Positions 23,976-37,300 of a DNA stretch of 64,000 nt are shown here, piece by piece. The notes beneath the pieces were generated by a model, which was not told the origin of the DNA, did no database searches, and saw only the letters and a list, made by a program, of their open reading frames with translations. The number at the start of each line of letters is the position of its first letter. Position 1 is the stretch's first letter. The stretch spans positions 186,001 to 250,000 of the forward strand of contig MU057801.1 of NCBI GenBank assembly GCA_013265495.1. The letters are read 5' to 3'. The translations under genes were made by a program, and so were the position numbers. The stretch comes from Vicugna vicugna (Eukaryota).

Positions 23976-24614
23976 GTTCCAGGCGTATTTGGGTCAAGGG
24001 CATTTGTGCAGCCGTTACAATTAAAGGTAGGCGTGCTGCTATTACAATTCTGGAAGAAAGGAGAAGAAAACAGCTTGTGATGCTTGGGGGAGGGGCGGGA
24101 GGCACAACCTCACTTAAAACCGCCTGCCTTATCACAAAAGGCTGAAAATGCAGATGTCAGGAAATGCGTGTTTACTTCAGGGTTTTTACATTACATTCTT
24201 GCTTTTATAGGGAAAGGAGACCTGAAAGGGTTGGGGTAAGACTCTGAAAATAGAGGTGGAGTTGAAGACAAAGTGAATGATTTTGCTGTCTTCTTTTACC
24301 TCCGATTCTGTGAGGGAAAACAGAAGCTGAGTCAGAAGGTCTTTTTCTGTCTGGGCCAGCTGTCTCACGTGTGCACGTATGTGAGTGCAGGGACGTCACC
24401 GTGTAGTCTGGGTGATTACTTAGTCACACTCCCTGCACGTGATGTAGGAAGTTTATGGGCTTTTTTATTTTTCTCCCTTGGACGGACAGCCAAGTTTCTC
24501 TTAAAAGCATTCCATTCCCTGAGAATCTATTACTTGTAGGACCATTTTGCTATTCAATTTTGAAAAACATGAAAGATAAATTTAATTAAAATGTATATGG
24601 TAGCCCTATTTTGC

Positions 24615-25428
24615 AGCCAACAGGCACATGAAAAGATGCTCAACATCGCTAATTATTAGAGAAATGCAAATCAGTACCACAAGGAGCCATCACCTCACAC
24701 CAGTCAGAACGGCCATCGTCAAAAAGTCTACAGATAATAAACACTGGAGAGGGTGTGGAGAAAAAGGCACCCTCCTGCACTGCTGGTGGGAATGCAGTTT
24801 GGTGCAGCCACTACGGAGGACAGTAGAGGCTCTTTAAAAAACTGAAAATTGAGTTACCCTATGATCTAGCAATCCCACTCCTGAGCATATACCTGGAGAA
24901 AACTCTAATTCAAGAAGTTACATGCACCCCAATGTTCATAGCAGCACTATTTACAACAGCCAAAACATGGAGGCAACCTAAATGTCCATCAGCAGATGAG
25001 TGGATAAAGAAGTTGTGTGTATATTATATGTATATGTATTCCAATATATGTGTTCCATTGTGTACGATGGAATACTACTCAGCCATAGAAAAGAATAAAA
25101 TAGTGCCACTTGCAGCAACATGAATGGACCTAGAGATGATCATACTGAGTGAAGTAAGTCAGACAGAGAAAGGCAAATATCATATGATATCACTTACATG
25201 TGGAATCTAAAAAATGACACAAATGAACTTATTTACTAAACAGAAACAGACTCACAGACAGAAAATAAACTTACAGTTACCAGAGGGGGAAGGGGCAGAG
25301 AGGGAGAAATTGGAGTTTGGGGTTAGAAGATACTAACTACTATATATAAAATAGATAAACAAGGTCCTACAGTAGAGCACAGGGAACTGTATTCAATAGC
25401 TTGTGATGGACTATAATGGGAAAAAAAT
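24615..25428 (+). mobile_element. 5'-truncated L1 (end of ORF2 plus 3' UTR)
   Basis: Translates to L1 ORF2 C-terminal motifs [29 protein letters not shown] and MFIAALFT. Confidence 0.92.
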
Positions 25429-26329
25429 GTATTTGGTGACCAAGGAGGGAACGGTTTAAAACGTCTTTGGGAAAGCGAGTGGCACAGGGAAGGGCGGGGA
25501 CCCTGCAGAGCCCTTCCATTCCTCCAGGCAGTGATTCCAGAAAGTCCTGAGGCCGCCTGTGCCTTTCTCTGTGACCTTGGTTCATGCATCTGATCTGGCC
25601 TTTTTTTTTGCTGGGGTGGGGATTTGTTTTTACAAAATAAGCACAACACATAGTTTACAAAGTCAAGTATCTGAAGCAGCGATTCCTGTCCCCTCCCCCA
25701 GCCCCATTTCTGAAGCCTCCTCCCCTAAACAACTTCTCCAGCTCTGCCTTCCATGATTTATCTCCGTATTTCTAAAAGCACTCTTATACTGATGTTTATT
25801 GATTTCTTTTCCAATATTAGGCATTATTACTGAGTCCATATTATGGAAGGTGAGGATTTAAACTCCATATACTATATTCTCTCCTCACCACATACCCATT
25901 CACATGCAATTTTTCTTCTCCAGTCTCCCCTGATAATTATATAACACTTTAGATAAATTCATGTTTTTTGTAATTATGACTGTGTAAATATTGTTCAGAG
26001 TTAAACTACAATGCAACTGTATTTCCTTTTTGTACAACTTTTTGTTTTTCTTGGAGTTAATAATTGCTTCCTTTTTTCTGGTTTGTTTGCTTTTAATGGA
26101 CCTATGACTAATTCATCCTCAACCTCTATTCTGCAGCTGAGGAAGTCCTTTCAATATGACCTCATAATTCAGAATAATCTATCATTTCCTTTTTTTCTTT
26201 TTTCCCCCATTGAGCTGTCCTTCCCATTGGTGGCCAGGACTGCTACACAGCTGTCATCCTGGGAGTTCTCGCTACCATCCCCCAGAGCCAAATGTCCTGT
26301 ATCCTATTTCCTGGATTCTTTTTGGAGAG

Positions 26330-26455
26330 AGGCAGACTTGAGGTTTGTTCCCCCATCTCCTTCCTTGTCTACCTCACAAATAAACCTCCTCTCTGCTGCA
26401 AACCTCGGCATGTCAGCGTTTGTCCTGCTTCACGTCAGGCAAGCAAACCTGGAGC
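26330..26455 (+). mobile_element. LTR 3' (R/U5-like) fragment embedded in old L1 remnants
   Basis: 'aataaacctcctctctgctgcaaacctcggcatgtcag' resembles an LTR polyA/U5 region. Confidence 0.45.
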
Positions 26456-28184
26456 AGGAACAAACCTACTAGATTGAGCTCCTATTTTTTTTTCAAGCTT
26501 TAATTCCTATTTCCTATCTCTTTGTCTTTTCCTTATACTTTCTGGGGCATTGGCTCAATTATTGAATTTTTTTATTTATAATAACGCATTTGCAATTTCC
26601 AAAAATTCTTTATTTCTGAATGTGATGTTTGTAATATTTAGTTCTTTTTTTCCAATTTCTTATCTCTCTGTGGATATTAGTTCTAGCATTATCTTTTAAA
26701 AATTTTTTTAAAAAATTCTCTGTTCATCCCAGTTCTCTTTTCCTGTTTGTTTTATTCTGACCTTTGGGTTAGAGGCTCTAATCAAATGTTCTGTGGCTTT
26801 TAACTAGTCATAATTAAGTGTAAAGCACCACAAAGCTTGTTGGAAGCTGCATGTATTGGGCAGTTTGTAAACTGGTGGTCCTCCCTTTAGGGTGTCCATG
26901 TGGCAACATGGTCATTTTATTGAAGGGCCGGGAAAATCTGTGAATATCTGTTGGCTTTTTCTCTTGGGACAGGAGGCTGCCCCATGAAAAGTTCTCCAAT
27001 ATCCTGCAGGTTTCAGGGTGGGCTTCAATCTAGCTGCCAGCATTCTGGGAACTGCGGAGGGCAGGGGTCTGGGGGGGGTCTGTCTTTCTGTATGCCTGCT
27101 CTTACGTGACCCCAGTTTCCACACAGTGTCTCACCCTCACCCTTTGCTGCCTGAAGTCAGGGACACAGCTTACCATGCCTCTCCGGGGAGTAAGGCTGGC
27201 CTGCTCTCCCTGCGGCCGGGCCTGGCTTGTCTGAACCCTGAGCCTCACCGGATTCTGCACCAGAATCTCTCACCTTTCCTTGGCTTTCCGTCCTAGAGTT
27301 GCTAACCTCTCGGCCTGCTGCTGCCTGCTCAGGGAGCTTACTGCATCCATGACTTGCTGTCAGGTCTCATTGGCTGTTGTCTCCTCCTCCATGCTCTTCG
27401 TTCTTATGGATTTACCCCTTAAAACCTTTTCAAAAAATTTTTTTCTTTAATTCTCATTTTAGTGAGGTGGTGGTGGGGAGCTTGTGTGTGCAGCCCAGCC
27501 CGCTGTGTTTAACTGAAAACTGTAGCCAGCTTTTAACACGAATGGTGAGAAGCTAGTTAACAAAACGAAAAATAACTGATTACATTGATGGCTGGAGTCA
27601 TCTCTCCAGCCCAGTTCTTCTATAAAAACGTCAACTTTTTATCTGAATGCAAGTACCCATGCAAGCTGTTTCACTGACAGGCACGTTCCCAAGGTGTTAT
27701 CAGAACATATGTTCACTGTGCACGTTTGTCTTTTCCACGTGATCTGAAGGAAAAAGAGCAACAACGGATGGAAAGGCCAGCTGTCTGCGCGCTGGGATGT
27801 GGAATTGTGCCATGAGAGCGTGGGTCCGTACTGTTTACAGAAGAGCACATGGTGTTTTGTCTCAATGAGCAGGAAAATGTTTTGTGATAAAATGTGGTAA
27901 AAAGCTTGTAGGTTTTTTTCCCTGCTAAGCAGTAAACGGAAGTACACAATGTAAAATGATAAATGAAAAGCTCTATGAGTCATCTTTAGTGTGGGGAAAA
28001 TGTGCAGCCAGGACAGTTAAAACGGTAAAAATAAGATTGAATGTGCTGAGACAGAAATCAATACAGCGCATCCTAGGACCCCGAGTAACCGTGGGGCCCT
28101 GAGGGGTTTAATGCAGTTTGTGCTTTTTAAATAAAGTTATTGAGGTGGTGGGTTCAATGATGTAAACTATGGTGTTCTATTTTT

Positions 28185-28620
28185 TTTTCAGGCTTATTGA
28201 GGTATAAGTTACATACAGTAAAATTCACTCTTTTCCGTGTACATTCTATGAATTTTGACAGATCATTCAGTAATGGGGCCACGATCACAATCAGTCGTGT
28301 AAAACTCTTAGCTCCCTTCTGCTCCCTGACCCCCGTGCCTGGCAACCCCTGATCTGTTTTCTGTTCCTGTAATTCTTCCCTTTCCAGAATGTCATGTAAA
28401 TGGAATCACACAGCATACAGAATTTTGACTCTGGCTGAAATATTTGTGTACAGGTTTTTGTGTGAACGTAAGTTTTAATTTCTCCAGGATAAATGCCCAG
28501 GCGTGCAGCTGCTGGGTTCAGTGGTAGTTGCCTGTTTAGTTTTTAAAGAAACCACCAAACTGTTCTCCAGAGAGGCTGTACCATCTTATAGTCCCCCTGG
28601 CTGCCTGGGAGTGATTCAGC
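28185..28620 (-). mobile_element. Ancient L1M 3' fragment
   Basis: 'ggcaacccctgatctgttttctgt...ccagaatgtcatgtaaatggaatcacacagcat' and 'aaactgttctccagagaggctgtacc' motifs. Confidence 0.7.
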
Positions 28621-30317
28621 CGTGATGTTCTGTTTCTGTAAATTTCAGTGTTAAAGTGCTGAAATTGTCAGAGACTCACTGAGTTTAAAAGGTAGGTGCT
28701 GTTAAGGATGTTCTGTTTCTGGAAATGTTATGACTAGTCTCACTCCAATACAAAAACTAAGGCATCCGCAAAAGAGAAAACGAAAGGCATGCTGGCCTTA
28801 CTCTTTTCCCCCAGAAACTTTACAAACAGCGGAAAACAATGGAATAATGATGTTTATGCAGTTGGGGGAGGGGTGGGGAGGGGAGAGAACACGGGATCCA
28901 CGAATATTGGGCCAATATTCTAATCAGGCATCTCACAGACTAAGGAGCTCTGGGAACAAGGCACCAGCCCCCCGGGGCCCCTGGAAAACAAAGCAAAACA
29001 AAAATAAAACACTTTATAATGAAATCCAGCCAACCCGTAAATGAATCAAAATGAAGACTGGAATGAGACAATTGTAATCAAAAAATGGCAGTGAGCGTTA
29101 CATCCACTCAATTACAGACATAAATCACAACTGCACAGTCGTAAAACAGGTGGATAGGTTAAGTTCTTAAAAGTAACAGTAATACAAGCAACAATCAAAA
29201 GCCAAGGACAGGGGAGACCAAGGAACGTCGTTAATTACAAAAATGCAAATGCCCTATGTGGAAATTTGTAATAAAAAATGATCTCACGACTTTTATTAAG
29301 ATGTTGAAGACATGCCTGCTATATATGACGTAATATAATATGTACCTTAAGCTTTAAAGGAACCCTTTGGGTACCCACATTTCTTTGGTGCTCAGTAATC
29401 TATTCAGTTTTACTTCAGTTCATTTGGAAATGACCAAAAAAAAAAGAAAGAAAAGATGACTGGGTGTCCTGCCAGGAACATACCCTTCCAGGTTAACTCT
29501 GTAAGCTGCCAAAAATAGCTAGTAATAAAAATGATTCTTGCTCATGGAAATACAAATGCATCACGCGTGTCCAGGAGACGCAACAGATTACTGCTCTGTG
29601 AATACTGACCAGCTGTACATCTGCCTGTAAATGCATTCCTGACTGCCTTGTGCAGTGTAAGTTCTTTCGGCTGGCTGTAATGTCCTACTGGTGTTTTCGT
29701 AATTAATGAGTTAAAACCCTTGTCATATGTTCATTTCGTATTGTGTGAGAATCACAATTTTACCTTTTCTAAAAATCACCTTTTAGCATTCATTTAATGA
29801 GGTACATTAGGTTTTGCTGATAGGAAGTTGCCCCTGAAATCTCTCCTGTGTAAACACCTGGTAGGCAGGTGAGCTCATGAGGTCACAGTCTGCCCTCCTG
29901 GAGTGTTTGCAGAAACTGTGGACCTGAGTTTGTACCCTGGGGACTGTCACATGTGTTTACCTTCACATGCCTGTGCTGCTGGGGTTTTGGAAAGGATGCC
30001 TGGAGCTGAGCGTGGACCTTGAGGTCCTTCTTGGGGGCTACCTCCTCCCTCAGTGGTCCCCTGTCTCTCCTCCTACTGTGCCTGGGTCACAAGTCCGGGC
30101 AGGGGCTGCTGAGATTCCTGTCCAGGAACTGAGTCTAGGAAAACTAGGGCCCCGGGCAGTTAGAGATATGAGGGTCCTGGAATTTAGACGTCTTGAGGAG
30201 TTAGGTGGGTTGGCCTGGCCTCTGGAACCTGTTCCCCAGGACAGACTAATTGCTCAGAGGCTGAGGGCAGAGAACCTCCCAGAGCTGCAGGACATGCACA
30301 TTTCTTAGCCTCTGGAA

Positions 30318-30890
30318 CTGCACTGTCCAGTGTAGGGGCAGCCACTGCCCACGGGGCTGCCGACTACCAGACATGCGGCCAGTGCAACTGAAGAGTGGAT
30401 TTTTTTTTAACTTATTTTTAAATTGAAGTACAGTCAGTTTACAATGTTGTGTGAATTTCTGGTCTATGAAGAACGGATTTTTAAACTTTATTTAACTAAC
30501 TTAAATTTACATTTGAAAACTGATATTCCTTTTGGTTATTTGAAAACATAGCAGGGTTGGAACTGTTTGGGTATGCAAATACACTTTCTTACCGTACATT
30601 TAATAAAATCTGAATACAGAAGAGATACAGAAGAAGACAATTTAGGGTTGAAATATGCTGCGAATATAGAATACACACTAGATTTCAAAGACTTAGTCCA
30701 AATTAAAAAAAGGAAAACATTTCATTAATAATTTTTTTCTATTGATTACATGTGAAATGACATTTTTGAAATAATATATGTATATAATTGCAGTTAATTT
30801 CACCTTTCTTTTTATGTTTTTAAACGGGATGCTGGAAAATCTGGGCTCACACGCACGGCTGGCATCACTCGGATGGGCCACTCTGGACCA
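30318..30890. mobile_element. hAT-Charlie (Charlie1/MER33-like) remnant with a nested ~60-bp L1 tail
   Basis: 'ctgcactgtccag' start and 'acacactagatttcaaagacttagt...ttgattacatg' motifs. Confidence 0.6.
30404..30466 (-). mobile_element. Extremely 5'-truncated L1 insertion
   Basis: Reverse complement matches the last ~45 nt of the L1 ending at 46276; flanked by tgaagagtggatttt / tgaagaacggatttt. Confidence 0.75.
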
Positions 30891-31259
30891 CGAATTCTCC
30901 CTCTCCTCTCCACTTCCTTCCTCACCTGCCCGGGGCACCAGGTGGTCCTGAATCCTGCTTTCCTGCTTTGGTTTTCTAACCCTGGCAGTTTCTTGCCTCC
31001 TTCCTGGGGGTCACACTGCCTCCTTTCCGGAGTCTCCCGCGAGGGGTTTTGAGGTTTGGAGAGGCAAAACCCCGACACTTTACAGGAGCTCCCGACTCTG
31101 GCCGCCAGAGGGAGCTGCGTCGCTGACGCCGTTGCCGAGCAACTCGTGGCCCGGAAGCAGTTCCCCGCTCCGCCCCGCCCCGCGGCAGCTGTGTACGCGG
31201 TGATTTCCGGCGGGGCGGGCGCGCAGTCGCGGCGAACCGGCTTCGGCGGCGGCGGAGCG

Positions 31260-31312
31260 ATGACCACGCTCCGGGCTTTCACGTGCGACGACCTGTTCCG
31301 CTTCAACAACAT
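31260..31312 (+). CDS. NAA20: NAA20 exon 1 coding part
   Basis: ATG at 31260; |gtgagt donor. Confidence 0.95.
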
Positions 31313-34300
31313 GTGAGTGAGGCGCGCCCGAGCCGGCGCTCGTGGCCGCGCCCCCTGACCCGGGCCCCGCCGCCGCCCGCGCGTCCCCGGGGCCGCGGAG
31401 GGGAGGCCGGGCCGGGCAGACGTGCGGGCGCCCCGCCGACCTTGGTCGGGCGCGTAGACGTCACCCCGCAGGCCTGCGCGCGGGCCGGTGCGGGCGCCAC
31501 TCGGGGGAAGCGGGGCCGGTGCGGGAGACTCTCAGGGGAAGCGGGGCCGGTGCGGGAGACCCTGGGGGCTGTCTGGGGCGAAGGCGGGGCGCGGGCAGCC
31601 GGGCGCACCTGGCGGCGAAGACCCCGTGTACCTGCGCGGAGCAGCGCTGGGACCGCGCCTTCCCCAGGCTCGGCTGGTTTTGTGCGTGCCTTTACAGTTT
31701 TTGCGCGCCTCTCCGGGAGGAGTCAGGGCAGGGGGCACCAGCTGGGGGAGGCCCCCTGCGTGCGCTTTCTTTCGGTCGAGTTAAGTTAGGGTCTGTGATT
31801 TGCAGGTATCTTTCTCTCTCCTCTCTCTCAACGTTTTATTGTGAAATTTTCTTAACACTTAAAAGGTTGGCGGAATTGACCGTGAACACCTGTAGACCCA
31901 TCAGCTGCACTCTATCGTTAACACTTCGCTGCATTGGCTCCTTACGTTTATGATCATCCATCCATCCATCCATCTATCCATCCATCTTTCCATCAAACCC
32001 AAATCCACTGTAAAGATCCCCGGGGTAGTTATGTGAAAACTAGGGACCGAGTAGTTCAGATTCAGTTGTCAGGAGGATGGACAGAACTTGAGAGGTGGCT
32101 AGAAACAAAGAGGGGCTGAGCCTTGAAGGGTGGATAGTGTTGATAATGAGGAAGCAGGTGCGGAGGTGAGTGAGCCGGCAGTGGGGCCGACGCCTGGCGG
32201 AGAAGTGTGACTGTAGAGCCGGTTTCTGTAGCGAAAGGTCAGAGACCCAGGTGAGACTGGGCTTCTGCTGCATTGTTGGGGGTTTAGCCTTGAACCTTGG
32301 GAAGGACTTTCCCTGGGGGCTCTCCCAGTCGGAGCTGTGCAACTAAGACGACCTTGTGGAGGGCTGGCTGCGCCTGGCCCCACCCGTTTAATCCTCAGCT
32401 CTCTAAAGCAGGCCCTCCTCTCGCCAGCATTTCCCCTGTAAACGAGGGCCCAGGGTGCTGCCCCAGGCGGTAGAGCTCCGCGAGGGAGGGGGTGAAGCTG
32501 GAGTCGGATTTAAGGAGATTGGCTCCTGGGTGGTGGTTCTCAGAGCGGTCGCTGACCTCCAGGGAACATTGGGGAAATGCCCTGAGCCCCGAGCTCTCCA
32601 CCGCATAGCTGTGTGGAGCCAGGCGGCTGGGGGCGGCGGACCAGCCAGGTGAGCCCTTGAGGAGGTCTTAGCAGCCGCCCAGCGGTGCCGGCCTGACAAA
32701 GGCTCGGGTTTGGGAAGCGCAGGCCTGGGAGGGGACAGTGTGCCTTGAGGTTTCAGGAACAGAGGAGGCAAAAGCCTCCTGGAGAATCATTTTTAACTGA
32801 AGACCAAAGAAGGGCCAACACTTACGTGAAAGCAGACAGAGTAGAAGAGGAATGAGCACTTACTTACGACAGAGCAGTTGATGTCAGAATCCTGGGGCTT
32901 GCTCAGGCCACTTCAGAATGCGCCAGAGGGGGCCCCTCTTCCTCCTCCTCCTCCTCCTCCTCCTCTGTCTCTCCCTCTGATTGGGGCGCTTCCCTCAGGA
33001 GCTCCGAGAGTCTGATGAGGGTGTTGCAGTGGTAACTGAAGGAAGCAGTGGGTGTACAAACACTGCAGTTCATTTAACACATTTAATTCTTGGAAAAATA
33101 TTTCATGCCTACTGTGCACCAGTGCTGAAGACACAGCAGTGAACAGAGCAGGAAAAAAACCTGACCTTTATGAAATTGACATTTTAGAGGGGAAAGCAGG
33201 TGGGAAAATACAACATGTAGAACTTGGCGTTCAGTGCAAAGACAGATTGAGAGCAGGAGAGGGGAATGGGCCGCAAGCGGGGACGGGGCTTTGGGTGAGG
33301 TGTTCAGGGAAAGGGCCACTGCAGAAAGGCCGGGGGCGAGGCTGAGCACGTGGCTGCTGGGGCAGGGAACTTCCGGCAGAGGGAAGAGTGCCCACATTCT
33401 GCTTCAGACGGGGGTTGGGGGGGAGGCCGGTGTGAGTGCGACGTTGGAGTCAAAGGGCTAGACGTTGGAGAGACCATTGGAGGACTCAGGCCCCTGCCAA
33501 GTGCGCTGAGACCCCCAGGCGGAGGAGCCCGTGGGCATCCCCGCACAGGACTCTCAAATTTAGGTCTGGGCTAAGGATAGGAATTTAGGTGTCAGCACTG
33601 CTTAGATGGTGTTCAAACCAGGAGGCTGAGTGACAGCAGTGGTGGATTGAGTGGGACAGAAAAAAGGCTCCAGGATGGCGCTCCAGGGCACCAGGTGTTC
33701 GGGGAAGGAGCCACCATGGCCCAGTGACGAGGGACGAAAACCTGATGGTTGACCTCGGGCTGAGTGAGGACAGCATCTCAGGAGGACAGAGCCGTGAGCT
33801 GTTAAGAGCTGCTGGTGGCTGTGTGTGCAGCACACCTGTACGCTCTTTCAGGGCGGCCAGGTCCCGGGTCCCGAGAAGCGGTGGGATCTGCTCACCAGCA
33901 CTCCCGGCCTGGGTGCCGAGCAGGCGGGGGTGTGGGGTGGACCTTGGTAAAGCTTTCTTCTTACTGTTGCGTTATCTTTGTGAACCGGGAAGCAGCTGAG
34001 ATGGAAGGGGTGGAGAGTTGAGGTGGGGTGAGAGGGTGTCTGGGAGTGGTTCTCCGGGTATGGGCTGGGGCGCCTCAGGGTTAGTTTGGGGATTCTGCAG
34101 GGTCGGGGCTGTTTTCATGATAATACTAAGTGGGGTTTGGTTTTGTTTTGTTTTTGCCTATTTCATTCTCACGAGTACACAGTGGCATTTTCCACACGTA
34201 CAGTCTTGCAACAGCAAGCATAACACACAGAAATGAGAGCCCAGCTGTTTTCTGTTAAATAGCCAGACATAGAGGCCTGTAAAATTGTTAAAACAGGGCC

Positions 34301-37300
34301 ATTCTTGTCACTGTTCTTTCGTGTTTTTGAAAATAAAAACTTTTTGGAAAAAAAGTTAGTTATTAATATGTAACTTATTTATTATTTTAAAGGAACATTG
34401 AAAAAGTTTAAATGTCAATAGATAAAACCCATGTTAAACAGAAGTTCTTTGGGGTCCTCGATAATCTTTGAGTGTAAAGGGGTTCTGAAATCACAAGGTT
34501 TGAAGACTGCTGGGCCTTGTTAAGGATCCCTAGGAATCTTCTGACTGGATGCGCAAGAGGAGGAGTCAGAGTCAGAGTGGCCGCTTGAGGACAGGAGGGC
34601 CGGGGCCGCGCTCTGCCGTGGCAGTGGACAACGGGCTTTCAGATGCACTGCCTTAGGAGTGTGTGCTCGGTCGTGTGTGCTGGCGAGGCGGCGCCAGGGC
34701 CAGGTCGCGTCCCCTCCTCCCAGGACAGGATGGATGTGTGCCAACGGGCAGTGGGGCTGGGCGGCAGGAGTGTGGAAGGGGAGTGGGAGGAACAGCCCGC
34801 GTGGTGAGAGCGCCCGCGAATAGCAGGGACGCGGGAGCGGGGCTTGGCGGGGGGGGGGGGGCAGCCTGTCAGGTGCTCCCAGACTCCTTCCACCCCAGAC
34901 TGAGTCACGTGCCTGGCTGACCCCCTTTCACTAACAGTTTATTGCCGTTTAGAAAATGGTTTTGGTGATGATGTATGGACAGTAAAGTAACTTGTAAAGC
35001 AGCAGCAGCTAAGTGAAAATGTACAGATTTCTTTATTGTGGCGGCAGTGACAGCTCATTACGGCCATTAGGTAGGTAGGTTAAACCGTCGTAGCTCTCAA
35101 GGTGGTTTTAAAGTTGTGGCTGTAGCATGTTCCTCCTGTGGACATTAATGCTCGTTTAGTTGGCTTATTTAAACTGGTTTTGTGAACTGTGCTAACTATT
35201 GACACTTCTCTTGTTTCTTTTAGTAACTTGGATCCACTTACAGAAACTGTATCCTTTTTAAAGAACGTTACAAGAGGGCTTAGTTAGAGTAAGGAAAATA
35301 GAGAAACAACAAGGAAACACAGATTTGAGTACTGAAAAACTTTAAAACTTAGAGGTCAGGAAACATCATAAGCAACAAGGAAAGCAACTAAAAAAAAAAT
35401 CCTTGGAACAAGCATTGTCCTAAATCTGCCTGTCAAGCTGCTACTATAATGACCTCAGAAATCGAGACCAGCACAGTCTGCTGCCCACGCTGCCCTCGGC
35501 GGCGAGCACAGCCGTGAACAGCAGGAAGCAGTGACTCCAGAAAATGGGCGATTTCTGTCTAATGTGCACGAAGTCAGGGGATGACAAGCGGCCCGCGGTG
35601 GTTCTGTGAAGTCACTGGACCCACTGCCCGTCCCCGGGTGGCCCTGCCTCCTGTGCATCGCAGTCGTGTCCTGGCAGGAGAACCAACAGATGGGGTGGGG
35701 GGAGTGTCCTCCCCAGACCCACAGGCACCTTTGGGAAGCAGGACGCAGCCTCTGCTCCACTCGACCAGCACCTGCCTCGCGCCACACTTACCTGTCTGAA
35801 ACATCCTGGGAGTGAGCCAGCTTTAAATTGGGCGTGTTGCTGAAATGCAAAAAGGATTTGGGGTAACAGTTAGTATTTACCATGCTCCCCAATAGAAAAA
35901 TGGGCAAAGCTTTGTGAAATTAGGGTTCTCTGACCCTAACAGACAACCCCCACATTATCAGTGGCTTAAAACACAAAGTTGGATTTCTGGGTTGTACTCC
36001 ACGCCCACTGCAGGGTAGGAGGGTGCTATTAATTGGTAATTTAACAAAGAGGGCATGTAGAAGGCTAATGAGCACGTTAGGAGTTCAGTCTCACCAATCA
36101 AAAGACACATGCATATTAAGGCCAAAATGAGGTGCCATATTGTGTATGTCAGATTATCAAGGACTTTAAATAGTGATGAAACTCAGTCCTCCCACATACC
36201 GCGAGAGACAGAGTCAGCTGCTTGTCTTTCTGGATAAACGTTGGTAATGTAATACCTGTGATGCGTTTTCCTGGAAGCTGAAGATAGTAACATGGAGGCC
36301 AGTGTGTCAGGGCTGGCGCACCGAGGCACAGAGCCGGACCTGGCCCACCGCCTGCTGTTGTGAGTGAGGCTTCACTGGCCCCAGCCCCGGTGGACAGCTC
36401 ACACGCCGTCTGTGGCCTGTCCTGGGGCTCTCGTGGTTGAGGGGTCGCAGCGGGGACCACGTGGCCCACGCTGCCTTGAATGTTCACAGTCTGGGTGGTA
36501 ATAGGAAGTGTTACTGTTCGCCCCGTCAGTGGAGAGCTAGACAGCAGTAAAAACTGACAGTGGGGCTGTGTATCCGAAACAAAGCTAGGTGGAGAAAGCA
36601 AAAAAAATTTTCTCCTGAATTTTCATTTGTATTTTAAAAATGATGACCTATTAAAGATGTCTCCCTGTTTTTGAAAAAGTGAAAGGATTTCGAAGAATTC
36701 TGAATGACAAGGGAAGGTATCAGGATGCAGAGCGGCTTACAGGATGTGCTTCCAGTTACACTTAAAGTTTTCAGCAAAAGCCCCGTCACCCAGCTGAGGC
36801 CGTTTCCGAGTCAGCGGCAGGGCTCCGTGGTCTGTGTGGCGCCGGGGGCCCCCGGTAGCGGTGGCTGCGGTGCGCGTCGGTGTCTGGACGGCGGTGGATG
36901 GCAGGACCACTTGCTGGCCGGCCATGTTCAGCGTTCTGTTTGAAGAGACAGAAGGCTGTCCTTCAGAAGAGAGTTTGAACAATTTACTACTGAACAGATT
37001 TTCCAGGAACTTTAAAAAAAAAAAAGCTATGGATGCTGGTGTCCCTTGCAGAGCTGCAGCAGTGAGCGCACAGCACGGAGAGGCGCGGGAGTGGGCGGGC
37101 CGGCGAGGGCGCTGGGCCAAGGAATTGAGGAATGAGCAGGTTCCTTGGGCGCTCTCTCCAGGTCGGGGTTTTTTGGGGGGCATTACTAGAAATGGAGAAT
37201 TTGAATCAGTGGAGGGGAAAAACTGGGCTTAAGTTGCCTTTGGAAGTACTTATGTTTAAGGTTATTTCATGGTCCTACAGCTGAAGCTAGTGTAGGAGCT

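Larger units (their letters stand above)
31030..31790 (+). promoter_or_regulatory. NAA20: NAA20 CpG-island promoter, exon 1 and start of intron 1
   Basis: Dense CpG; GC boxes, ETS sites (ccggaag 31151, tttccgg 31204), X-box GTTGCCGAGCAAC (31131-31143), CTCF-like motif (31099-31117). Confidence 0.85.

Noticed and set aside
31283..31953. Several long overlapping Arg/Gly/Ala-rich ORFs
   Set aside because: Stop-poor CpG island in NAA20 intron 1; no coding evidence.
32919..32936. CTCF-like motif cgccagagggggcc
   Set aside because: The G-run spacing does not fit the core consensus well.
34960..35060. Possible C/D-box snoRNA (GTGATGA at ~34965)
   Set aside because: No suitably placed CTGA D box or terminal stem was found.
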